Assembly: GCA_943349555.1 (NCBI GenBank)
Contig: CALQZK010000001.1
Coordinates: forward strand, 1 to 34,839
Direction of reading: 5' to 3'
DNA: 34,839 nt
From: Candidatus Nomurabacteria bacterium
GTDB taxonomy: Bacteria; Patescibacteriota; Minisyncoccia; Phycocordibacterales; PALSA-1337
The notes below the pieces were generated by a model. The model did no database searches, was not told the DNA's origin, and saw only the letters and a program-made list of their open reading frames with translations. The position numbers were made by a program, and so were the translations under genes. Below are positions 1 to 10,053 of the stretch, piece after piece; position 1 is the stretch's first letter, and the number at the start of each line of letters is the position of its first letter.

Positions 1-102
1 TGGCAAAACCTCGGCTAGTGTTTGTCTTTGCTTTTGTCCGCGCGGAGGAGGGGTCTGGGGAGGAATCCGCGCGGGCTCTTGGATTTTTTGGCGGAGAGAA
101 CA
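1..102. repeat. Inverted repeat A, left copy (cut by the window edge)
   Basis: 1-102 is the exact reverse complement of 3007-3108. Identity stops at 103/3006 on the inner side and runs off the window on the outer side. Confidence 0.97.
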
Positions 103-142
103 ACTAGAAAAAAGAGCTGGAAAATGATAAAATACACTAGAA

Positions 143-799
143 ATGACAATTAAATTAAAAGTCCCGTTAATCCAGCAACAAAAAGGTAGTTACCACTGCC
201 AGATTGCCACATGTCTAATGATAATGGAATTTTATGGAGATAAAATTCCATATGAAAAACTTGTAGAGAAAATGACTCCATATTTACTTGAAACTGGTAT
301 GAATCGAGAGGGTGTTTCAACTTTTTTAGTAAAAAGAGGGTACGAGGTTTTGAGTATGCACCGAGACCTCAATTTAATTGATAATTCTATTGAAAACGCC
401 ACCGAGAAAGATATAGAAAAACTAAAAACATTTTTACAACAATTATCTACAACCGAAGCTACCAAATATCAAAGAGAGAAACTTGCATTAGATATTGAGT
501 ACATAAAAGCAGGGGGGAAATTATGCTACTCGCTGGCAAATTTGGAAACTATTGATTCATATTTGGGTAAAAACATTCCTGTTGTGTTGGGTGTAAGAAA
601 TAATGCATTACACTTAAATCCGGGGAATAAAAATAATCATTCTGTTGTTGTAATTGGAAAAGAAAATAATAATTATATCCTTAATGATCCCTCGCCTAAA
701 ACTAAAGGAGAATACAAAGTAAATAAAGATATTCTTTTACAAGCTTGGTATTCTGCGAGTGCTTACATTCTTGTTGTAATGAAACGAAGTGAACAATAA
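143..799 (+). CDS. C39-like (papain-fold) cysteine peptidase family protein
   Basis: VPLIQQ...YHC-x-x-A-x-x-x-M N-terminal motif, HSVVVIG catalytic His and NDP motif. Extended -10 TGaTAAAAT at 125-133. Confidence 0.8.
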   Translation: MTIKLKVPLIQQQKGSYHCQIATCLMIMEFYGDKIPYEKLVEKMTPYLLETGMNREGVSTFLVKRGYEVLSMHRDLNLIDNSIENATEKDIEKLKTFLQQLSTTEATKYQREKLALDIEYIKAGGKLCYSLANLETIDSYLGKNIPVVLGVRNNALHLNPGNKNNHSVVVIGKENNNYILNDPSPKTKGEYKVNKDILLQAWYSASAYILVVMKRSEQ

Positions 800-807
800 A
801 ATTTATT

Positions 808-1461
808 ATGGACTCAGAAACTCAAAGACAACAAATTAGTAATTCTCTTAAAATAACCACAGAAATTTTTGAAAGTTGTAATGCAGATTACCGAATTCTT
901 GGTTCTGTTTTGTTGGTTGCCTATACCAACAGGGTTTTTAGACGCATAAATGATGTTGATATTCTCCTAGATATAAAAGCAAAAGCCTGTGTCTTTGAAA
1001 AGCTGAAAAATAATGGTTTCCAGTTTGAACACAAAAAAGCATTTGGATTTTCTTGGGTTGAAGCAAAAAAAGATCAATACTTGGGACTAACCTTTTTTCT
1101 TGTCGGTGAATTCAAAAAAGATTATTTTACATGGCGCTTTATGAAATTTTTTGAACTAAGGACACGAGCTGAATATTTACACCCAACTGAATATAATTTT
1201 GAAAATGTAAAATTTATTGGCATTCCAATTTCGTCTGCCATTGCTGGTATTAGACAATCATTTCTTAATCCGAAAAGAAAAATGGATAAGCAAATTTTAG
1301 AAAATGAAGTCAATAAAACCAAAGTAAAAATTTACAATAATATTTCTGTTTATATTTTTGGTGTAAAGCTCCCATACCTATATGATTCATTTTCTTTTCT
1401 TTACAATATTTATGGCGGAATAAGAGTTATGTTTGGTAAAAAATATGAAGCTTGGGATTAA
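808..1461 (+). CDS. Pol-beta superfamily nucleotidyltransferase (substrate unknown)
   Basis: ILGS...R-x-x-x-DVDILL motif (GS + DxD). 217-aa ORF in an operon arrangement. Confidence 0.65.
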   Translation: MDSETQRQQISNSLKITTEIFESCNADYRILGSVLLVAYTNRVFRRINDVDILLDIKAKACVFEKLKNNGFQFEHKKAFGFSWVEAKKDQYLGLTFFLVGEFKKDYFTWRFMKFFELRTRAEYLHPTEYNFENVKFIGIPISSAIAGIRQSFLNPKRKMDKQILENEVNKTKVKIYNNISVYIFGVKLPYLYDSFSFLYNIYGGIRVMFGKKYEAWD

Positions 1462-1465
1462 GTAT

Positions 1466-2158
1466 ATGAAACCAGATATTTCAATAATTATTCCTGCTTA
1501 CAACGAAGAGAAACTAATAGGTAACACCCTTAGATCTATTTTTGATTCTAATTTTTCCGGAGCGCTTGAGGTTATTGTGGTTTGTAATGGTTGCACAGAC
1601 AAAACTGCTGAAATAGCATTGGCGTCAGGTGCGAAAGTGTTGCAAGCTCCTTCTAAGGGTACTGCCAACGCATTAAACTATGGTGCAAAAAATTCTTTAG
1701 CGGAAATTCTGGCTTTTCTAGATGCTGATACTATTGTGTCAAAAAATTTACTAACTGAAGTAATGGAAGCTATACAAAAGGGGTTTGTTGGTGGTAGAAC
1801 TGTTGTGCGATGGGAAGGAAAATCACTCGCTACTAAAATTTTTTCTCTTGTGAGTTATATTCACGTTCATAAGTGGGGCGGTTTTTGTTTTCTTAAAAGA
1901 AGTATATTTGACGAAGTGGGAGGATATAAGAGTGGAGCAAAATATGGTTTTGATTTTGATTTGGCGCGACGGGCATCTAAAGGAAGAAAAGTCACCTTGC
2001 TTCATAAAAGTTATGTTCTTACTTCTGATAGAAGATTTGCCAAGGAGGGTTGGTGGAAACATATCTGGTTAGGAATAAAGCGAAACGTACTTGATGATAA
2101 AATTTTAAGAAAGGGTGTAAAAAATGAAAAGGATATTATTTATGAAGACCATCGTTAA
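1466..2158 (+). CDS. Glycosyltransferase family 2
   Basis: ISIIIPAYNEE, NGCTDKT, FLDADT (DxD), DFDL and TSDRRF motifs. Start moved to the ATG at 1466, just after the upstream stop. Confidence 0.9.
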   Translation: MKPDISIIIPAYNEEKLIGNTLRSIFDSNFSGALEVIVVCNGCTDKTAEIALASGAKVLQAPSKGTANALNYGAKNSLAEILAFLDADTIVSKNLLTEVMEAIQKGFVGGRTVVRWEGKSLATKIFSLVSYIHVHKWGGFCFLKRSIFDEVGGYKSGAKYGFDFDLARRASKGRKVTLLHKSYVLTSDRRFAKEGWWKHIWLGIKRNVLDDKILRKGVKNEKDIIYEDHR

Positions 2159-2176
2159 ATATTCAATTATATAAAG

Positions 2177-2986
2177 ATGATTGAAATACAAAAAATTGGT
2201 GGCTATCTTGAAATAGACAAAGACGGCTTTATCATTAAAAAAGCTTCAGCCGATAAATTTCAAGAAAAGTGGAAGCCCGTTATAAAAGAAATCAAGAACG
2301 CTTACATAGAACATTTTGGCGACAAGCTTCATTCTGTTTATATAAGAGGTTCAGTTGCGAAAGGAGAAGCAATTGATGGAATAGCAGACCTTGATAGCAT
2401 AGCCGTAGTTAATCTTCCGAATGAACAAATAGATATAAAGTGGAAAGAAGAACTTAATAAGCAAATTATTGACAAATATCCATTTATTAAAAATGTAGAA
2501 ATTGTTGCTGGTACACTTGAGCATGCACTTAGCAAAAATAGAGGTGTGCATATAATATTAAAAACTCAAGCCGTGTGTATTTATGGAAATGATATATCAG
2601 ACAGCATTACGAAATTGAAACCAGGCAAAGAATCGGCTCTCCATTTTAGGAATCTTCAAGATGAATTACAAAAGACGATTGATTTTTTTGAAAATGGATG
2701 GGGTGATACTTTGGAAGAAAATCTGGACAAATGTTCATGGATAATGAAAAGGGTTTTAAGAACAGGTTTTGAACTTGTTATGGAACGAGAGCAAAAATAC
2801 ACACGAGATTTATATCCATGTTATGAAGGTTTTGTTAAATATTATCCAGAGAAAAAAGACGAGATATATAAAACACTTGAGCTTGCAGTAAATCCCACAG
2901 ACGATTCTAAAATAATTATTCCACTCCTGAAAGATTGGTTGATTTTTATGCCAAAGGAAATAGAAAAATTTTTCGGGTTTAAATAA
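2177..2986 (+). CDS. Nucleotidyltransferase-domain protein
   Basis: SVYIRGSVAKG...ADLD (GS + DxD) followed by a helical C-terminal region with YTRDLY. Confidence 0.75.
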   Translation: MIEIQKIGGYLEIDKDGFIIKKASADKFQEKWKPVIKEIKNAYIEHFGDKLHSVYIRGSVAKGEAIDGIADLDSIAVVNLPNEQIDIKWKEELNKQIIDKYPFIKNVEIVAGTLEHALSKNRGVHIILKTQAVCIYGNDISDSITKLKPGKESALHFRNLQDELQKTIDFFENGWGDTLEENLDKCSWIMKRVLRTGFELVMEREQKYTRDLYPCYEGFVKYYPEKKDEIYKTLELAVNPTDDSKIIIPLLKDWLIFMPKEIEKFFGFK

Positions 2987-3006
2987 AAATCTATTTTAAA
3001 ATCGTC

Positions 3007-3108
3007 TGTTCTCTCCGCCAAAAAATCCAAGAGCCCGCGCGGATTCCTCCCCAGACCCCTCCTCCGCGCGGACAAAAGCAAAGACAAACACTAGCCGAGG
3101 TTTTGCCA
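3007..3108. repeat. Inverted repeat A, right copy
   Basis: Exact reverse complement of 1-102. Contains two CCGCGCGG palindromes. Confidence 0.97.
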
Positions 3109-3307
3109 AATCCTTTGCCCCAGAAAATAGCTTTGGCAAAACCGAGTCCGCCTTTCGCCCCGCCACACTGCTCAAATACTTGGAGAGCAGAACCCCGAAA
3201 GAAAAATGCCTTTTCTATTTTAGAAGAAATCCACCCTCGCGAAAATCAAAAAGCAAGAGGCATTTTTCTTTCGGGGTTGCTGAGTGCAGCGAGGCGGTGG
3301 CGGGGCG
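3099..3307. other. Non-coding region of nested hairpins
   Basis: Perfect inverted pairs: 3099-3110/3132-3143 (12 bp), 3156-3166/3297-3307 (11 bp), 3191-3211/3258-3278 (21 bp), 3168-3173/3185-3190 (6 bp). Confidence 0.85.
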
Positions 3308-3362
3308 TTCTCCGAGCGTACGATTTTAGTCGGGGTTCTGTTGGAAATGAGTCCGAACTTTT

Positions 3363-3371
3363 TGGTATAAT
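3363..3371 (+). promoter_or_regulatory. Extended -10 promoter (TGgTATAAT) next to the putative crossover, facing the recombinase
   Basis: Perfect TGnTATAAT. A second TATAAT lies at 3552-3557. Confidence 0.5.
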
Positions 3372-3373
3372 GA

Positions 3374-3506
3374 CCACAATTCTGAATTTGAAGAAAGACT
3401 GACCTCGCCCGCGCCTCTGGCGCGGGCTCGGACTGATGTTTCCGCCAAGTCCCGCCAAGGCATTTTGAAATCCGCCAAGAGCATTCCCTCCGCTACGCGG
3501 CGGTTC
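3374..3506. repeat. Inverted repeat B, left copy (133 bp; copy of the recombinase 3' end)
   Basis: Exact reverse complement of 4987-5119. Contains the hairpin GCCCGCGCC-TCT-GGCGCGGGC and three CCGCCAAG units. Confidence 0.97.
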
Positions 3507-3607
3507 CTCAAATTTCATTTGAGACGCGTGCAAAGCATGCGTGAGCCGATGTATAATGAGATTGTGAATTGTTGGTGTAAGCGTGCTTCTTTTTTAAACG
3601 CAATTCT

Positions 3608-5143
3608 ATGATCAAGTATTTTATTTACTGTCGAAAATCTAGTGAGGACGAAGAACGTCAAGTTTTGAGTATTCCGGCGCAACTACAAGAATTGCGCGAT
3701 TTCGCCAAGCAAAATTCTCTTTTCGTGGTCAAAGAATATGATGAAAGTAAAACCGCCAAGGAACCAGGGCGAGAGGTTTTTAACGAAATGCTTGGCGAAA
3801 TTGAAAAAGGAAACGCGCAGGGAATTTTAGCTTGGAACCCGGATAGATTAGCTAGGAATAGCATTGATGGTGGCAAGATCATCTATTTTGTGGACACACT
3901 AAAAATTGTTGCGCTAAAATTCCCGACATTTTGGTTTGAAGCGACACCCCAAGGAAAATTTATTTTGAGTGTCGCTTTTGGTCAAGCAAAATATTACACC
4001 GACAATTTAAGAGAAAATATTTTGCGCGGTATTCGCCAAAAGATCCGCCGTGGTGAATTATCAGCAAAAGCCCCTTTAGGATATTTCAACGAACCTCGTT
4101 TGCGAACGATTGAACCTGACAAGAAAACTTTCAACAAGGTGAAAGAATGTTTAGGGGCTTTTGCTACGGGACAATTTACACTCACGGCTATTCAGCGCAA
4201 AATGTTTTCTCTCGGCTTGGTTGGCGCGAGAAGTGGGAAACCGCTTGTCCTCGCCTCGGTAGAGCATATTTTGAAAAATCCTTTTTACTACGGTCATTTC
4301 CAGTACCGAGGCGAGATACATCAAGGTTCGCATAAACCAATGATTTCAAAGAAACTTTTTGACAAAATCCAAGAAGCACTTGTCGCGAACGGAAAGCCCC
4401 GCAAAAAGCGAGAAGAGAAAGGTTTGTTATACAAAGGATTTGCGGTGTGCGGTGAGTGCGGCTACGCGATAACTGCCGAGAAGAAGATAAAGAAAAGTGG
4501 GTTGGTGTATCACTACTACCACTGTACTTTCAAAAGCCGCACTCAAAAATGTTCGCAAACTCGCTTTTTGCGGGAAGAAGAATTGACGCGACAAGTGCAA
4601 GACATGGTTCAAAAAGTTTCTTTGTCTGATGAGTGGCGAGACGCATATCTCAAAAAATTGGAAAGCGAAAACGCCGATGTCCGCTACTCATCAAAACTTT
4701 TCGTTCAAAATCTCAAAAACGATATTTCCGCCATTTCAGCGCGCCTCTCTCGCCTCACAGACGCGTATCTAAACGAAGCACTGGAGCTTGTGGAGTATCA
4801 AGAGCGCAAGAACGCGCTGATGGCGGAAAAGAAGACGCTGGAAGAGAAATTGAGCAATTTTGAACGCAAAGGCAATCATTGGCTCGAACTCATGCGAAAC
4901 TGGATTTTAGGGGCCAACCAAGCGGGAAATCTCATTAAACAAGAAAATCTTCCGGGAATGAAAGATTTTCTTGTAGACATCGGCTCGAACCGCCGCGTAG
5001 CGGAGGGAATGCTCTTGGCGGATTTCAAAATGCCTTGGCGGGACTTGGCGGAAACATCAGTCCGAGCCCGCGCCAGAGGCGCGGGCGAGGTCAGTCTTTC
5101 TTCAAATTCAGAATTGTGGAGGGTAAGAGATTCGAACTCTTGA
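3608..5143 (+). CDS. Large serine recombinase (resolvase + recombinase + zinc-ribbon + coiled-coil domains)
   Basis: YCRKSS catalytic motif, DRLARN, PLGY, CGECG...YYHC...C zinc ribbon and a long coiled coil. The last codons (WRVRDSNS*) are antisense tRNA-Ser. Confidence 0.95.
   Translation: MIKYFIYCRKSSEDEERQVLSIPAQLQELRDFAKQNSLFVVKEYDESKTAKEPGREVFNEMLGEIEKGNAQGILAWNPDRLARNSIDGGKIIYFVDTLKIVALKFPTFWFEATPQGKFILSVAFGQAKYYTDNLRENILRGIRQKIRRGELSAKAPLGYFNEPRLRTIEPDKKTFNKVKECLGAFATGQFTLTAIQRKMFSLGLVGARSGKPLVLASVEHILKNPFYYGHFQYRGEIHQGSHKPMISKKLFDKIQEALVANGKPRKKREEKGLLYKGFAVCGECGYAITAEKKIKKSGLVYHYYHCTFKSRTQKCSQTRFLREEELTRQVQDMVQKVSLSDEWRDAYLKKLESENADVRYSSKLFVQNLKNDISAISARLSRLTDAYLNEALELVEYQERKNALMAEKKTLEEKLSNFERKGNHWLELMRNWILGANQAGNLIKQENLPGMKDFLVDIGSNRRVAEGMLLADFKMPWRDLAETSVRARARGAGEVSLSSNSELWRVRDSNS
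4987..5119. repeat. Inverted repeat B, right copy (coding; ends at the tRNA 3' terminus, putative att junction)
   Basis: Exact reverse complement of 3374-3506. Identity ends within the last acceptor-stem bases of the tRNA. Confidence 0.97.
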
Positions 5144-5203
5144 TGCCCTTTCGAGCATACGACGTTTCCAACGTCGCGCAATAGACCGCTATGCGAACCC
5201 TCC
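5117..5203 (-). tRNA. tRNA-Ser(GGA)
   Basis: Acceptor stem GGAGGGT/ACCCTCC, anticodon arm CGACG-TTGGAAA-CGTCG, long variable arm and GTTCGAATC T-loop. CCA not encoded. Confidence 0.95.
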
Positions 5204-5216
5204 AATCTACTCACCT

Positions 5217-5717
5217 TTATTTCTCCTTCAAAACTTTTTCCACCATCTCTATCTCCTCCTCTATCCCCGGAATCATATCAAGCTTTTTAACTTCGGCAAG
5301 TGTCGCCCATTTATATTCCACCGTATCTTCATCGAGCTTCACTTTCCCAGACATATACGGAGCGTAGTAGCTCAAGACAAGGACAGGTATGCCATCAGGT
5401 CGTATAAAAGTGAGATCGAGCAAATATGAAATTTTTCCTATCTTCACATTCACCTCTTCTTTTATTTCCCTCTTCAAAGCTTTCTCCAATGACCCATACC
5501 ACTGCGTGTCTTTATGAGTCGTGCGTGTATGGACATAATCATCCGTGGTCAAGCCTCCGCCAGGGACATGCCATCTGTTCGGCTGGACTTTTTTAAAGGG
5601 GCTTCTTTTGGTTATCAAATACTTTTCATCTTTATTGTAAATAATACAAGTGATAGCAATCCGATGAAGCTCTTTGTCCTTTATCTTATCTATCGCAGAT
5701 TTATTTGACTGATTCAT
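5217..5717 (-). CDS. NUDIX hydrolase
   Basis: WHVPGG...ALKREIKEE Nudix box (with an insertion). Confidence 0.9.
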   Translation of the reverse strand: MNQSNKSAIDKIKDKELHRIAITCIIYNKDEKYLITKRSPFKKVQPNRWHVPGGGLTTDDYVHTRTTHKDTQWYGSLEKALKREIKEEVNVKIGKISYLLDLTFIRPDGIPVLVLSYYAPYMSGKVKLDEDTVEYKWATLAEVKKLDMIPGIEEEIEMVEKVLKEK

Positions 5718-5729
5718 AGTAGTAATATT

Positions 5730-6614
5730 TTACCACCCCCCACTTGAACCTCCCCCTCCAGAACTCCCTCCACCAAAGCCTCCGAAACCACCACCCCCGC
5801 CATGACCCCCGAATCCTCCTCCACCTATCCACCAAGGCGGACGCGTTCCTTTTTGTACACTTGAGTTATACATCTTAGAAATAAGGAAATCAAATAGAAG
5901 TCCAAAAATTACCAGGAATAAGACGGATACAGAAGCAATCACAATAGATGCAGCAATCACTCCAATCACTATACCTCCGATTCCTCCCAGTACCCCTCCA
6001 AGCCACCAAGATTTTGTTCTTCCGAGAATAGCTCCGAAATAAATGAAAGCGAAGATAGCAGCATACAACCAGCCTAGAAAATCATACTCATTATCTGGAT
6101 TTTCTTGTGGTACCGCATCTACCTGACCATTCAAAACCTTTATCATAATATCAACCGCCCTACTGATTCCCCCCGAATAATCCCCCTCTTTAAACGCCGG
6201 AGTCAGAACATTTCTAATAACAGAAGACGCCTGCGCATCTGTAATGTATCCTTCCAGACCATAGCCCACTTCTATCCTCATTTTCCTCTCTTCCAGAGCG
6301 ACGAGCAGGAGCAGTCCATTATCTTTCCCCTTCTCACCAATTCCCCATTCTTCGAAAAGTTTAACAGCGTAGGTCTCTACTGTTTCATCTCCAAGAGTAG
6401 GAACGGTGACTATAGAAATTTCATTTCCAGTCTGTTTTTGGAAATTAGATAGGATAGTTTCTAATTTATTCTTTTCTTCAGCGGAAATAATGGAAGCGAA
6501 ATCATTCACAAAGCCTGTTGCCTTGCCTGGACTGGTGTATGCCAGAGAAAAAGACGCCAAGAAAAAAGGAATTGCAGCTAAGATAAAAATCGCTACAATC
6601 CCTCTTTTTTTCAT
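5730..6614 (-). CDS. TPM-domain (YgcG-like) membrane protein
   Basis: Signal peptide, VNDFA, WGIG-x-x-x-x-DNGLLL, RIEVGYGLEG, TM helices and a Gly-rich GGGGSSGGW tail. Confidence 0.92.
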   Translation of the reverse strand: MKKRGIVAIFILAAIPFFLASFSLAYTSPGKATGFVNDFASIISAEEKNKLETILSNFQKQTGNEISIVTVPTLGDETVETYAVKLFEEWGIGEKGKDNGLLLLVALEERKMRIEVGYGLEGYITDAQASSVIRNVLTPAFKEGDYSGGISRAVDIMIKVLNGQVDAVPQENPDNEYDFLGWLYAAIFAFIYFGAILGRTKSWWLGGVLGGIGGIVIGVIAASIVIASVSVLFLVIFGLLFDFLISKMYNSSVQKGTRPPWWIGGGGFGGHGGGGGFGGFGGGSSGGGGSSGGW

Positions 6615-6632
6615 AAATTTAATTGGAATGGA

Positions 6633-7187
6633 TTAGAATTTTACCTCTGGAGCATTTTCCGAACCTGCGGCAGAATTGAAATATTCTCTCTCATCGAATC
6701 CGGTAATAGCCGCTACGATAGAGCTTGGAATCCTCATTACCCTAAGATTGTAAGCCTGCACAGCGGTGTTGTAGCGCATTCTCTCGACGCTTATGCGGTT
6801 CTCTGTTCCTTCGATCTGCGACATGAGGGTCTGGACTGTATCGGAAGACTTGAGCTGTGGATAATTTTCTGTGATCACAAGAAGCCGTCCAAGAGCACTC
6901 TCGACTTGTCCCGCGGCAGCAGCCTTGTCATTTGGAGTTGCTGCTCCTGCATACTTTGTCCTAGCATCAGCGATAGCCATGAAGACTGCTTGCTCCTGCT
7001 TCATGATTCCTGCTACTGATTCTACGAGGTTGGGAATTAGGTCAAAGCGTCGCTGGTAGTTTGTTTCCACCTGCTTCCATTGTGTATCCGCAGAAACATT
7101 CAGAGTCACTAGTTTATTGTATGTAGAAAATCCATACAATATTGCTAGAGCAACTACAACTATAATTCCAATAATAATTTTTTTCAT
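6633..7187 (-). CDS. lemA: LemA family protein
   Basis: N-terminal TM, QRRFDLIPNLV, ENYPQLKS and EGTENRISVER. Adjacent to the TPM gene as is usual. Confidence 0.95.
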   Translation of the reverse strand: MKKIIIGIIVVVALAILYGFSTYNKLVTLNVSADTQWKQVETNYQRRFDLIPNLVESVAGIMKQEQAVFMAIADARTKYAGAATPNDKAAAAGQVESALGRLLVITENYPQLKSSDTVQTLMSQIEGTENRISVERMRYNTAVQAYNLRVMRIPSSIVAAITGFDEREYFNSAAGSENAPEVKF

Positions 7188-7214
7188 ATGCTATTTATTT
7201 TCTATATTCTACTA

Positions 7215-7883
7215 TTACTTCTTTATAGGCACAACACTAGCTTCATCCTGTCCCTTTGGACCAACGACGTAAGCGAAGGACTTTACCATTTCTATAAATT
7301 GTGAGTCTACTGACTCTACAATTGCCTTGTTGTTATTGGTCATAACAGTAGCTTCGGAACCCTTTACATTTTTGTTTGCTGGGCTTGCGGTAATAGAAGA
7401 GAAGCTGAAGATATAGCAGATACCTTCTCTCTGGAGAGAATACATTCGATCAAAGTAATTAGTTCCCTGGACGGAGTTCGACATGGAGATCATGCTGAAA
7501 GAAAGATCTCCGCTCTTAAGCGTGCTTCGCTCCTTTATAGTAGTAACTGGAGGAAACGCGCACTTTCCGGAAATGATGGAAATTTTTGATTCCAACTTCT
7601 TAAGGCTGTTTGCTGACTTTCCTGAAGGGATGACAAATGATACCGTCGCATCAGAAGCTCCAATATCCCAAGTAGAAGGATACTTTATGCTGAAACCAAG
7701 CTCCTCATTCTTATATGAAGAAAGTTTGTCGGAAACTTTCGTAGTCTCGCTTATAGGCGCGGAAACTGTAGGATCTGTGTTGGTATTATTCTTATCGGTA
7801 TCAACTTTCTTATCTCCACCGAATGACCAGACGATTAGCCCGAGCACTATTAGAATGATTACAATTACAATTGGTTTTTTCAT
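7215..7883 (-). CDS. Membrane-anchored hypothetical protein (PsbP-like motif)
   Basis: N-terminal TM and YKNEELGFSIKYPSTW motif. Confidence 0.7.
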   Translation of the reverse strand: MKKPIVIVIILIVLGLIVWSFGGDKKVDTDKNNTNTDPTVSAPISETTKVSDKLSSYKNEELGFSIKYPSTWDIGASDATVSFVIPSGKSANSLKKLESKISIISGKCAFPPVTTIKERSTLKSGDLSFSMISMSNSVQGTNYFDRMYSLQREGICYIFSFSSITASPANKNVKGSEATVMTNNNKAIVESVDSQFIEMVKSFAYVVGPKGQDEASVVPIKK

Positions 7884-7961
7884 ATAATTTTTATTTTTTA
7901 ATATTTAACTCAATACTTATATGCCTTTATGGCAAGATTGGATTAGTATATCACAGTTGGA

Positions 7962-9978
<2,017 letters not shown>

Positions 9979-10017
9979 AGTATTGTCATTATATACAGAA
10001 AGCCCAATAGGTCAACC

Positions 10018-10046
10018 TTGCATCCCTCCCCCTCCCATGCTATACT
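10018..10046 (+). promoter_or_regulatory. Sigma70 promoter for secG (probably leaderless)
   Basis: TTGCAT-17 bp-TATACT with TG extension. ATG lies 7 nt after the -10. Confidence 0.65.
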
Positions 10047-10053
10047 CTCCCCA

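Larger units (their letters stand above)
1..5119. mobile_element. Serine-recombinase island integrated at the tRNA-Ser 3' end (left boundary outside window)
   Basis: Large serine recombinase abuts and overlaps the tRNA 3' end. AT-rich cargo genes and long perfect inverted repeats. Core genes resume directly after the tRNA. Confidence 0.85.

Noticed and set aside
1..3108. IS or composite transposon interpretation of repeat A
   Set aside because: No transposase between or beside the repeats, and target duplication cannot be assessed because the left end is cut off.
3326..3511. 61-aa minus-strand ORF as an independent gene
   Set aside because: It is the inverted copy of the recombinase 3' end with a TTG start just outside the repeat. 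Treated as an alternative C-terminus, although expression is not excluded.
2842..3533. ORFs 2842-3087, 3103-3402 and 3246-3533
   Set aside because: They run through GC-rich repeats and hairpins and have no protein-like motifs.
3374..5119. Diversity-generating retroelement TR/VR pair
   Set aside because: The copies are identical with no adenine-specific mismatches, and there is no reverse transcriptase in the window.
4876..5214. 112-aa minus-strand ORF
   Set aside because: Reads through tRNA-Ser and antisense to the recombinase.
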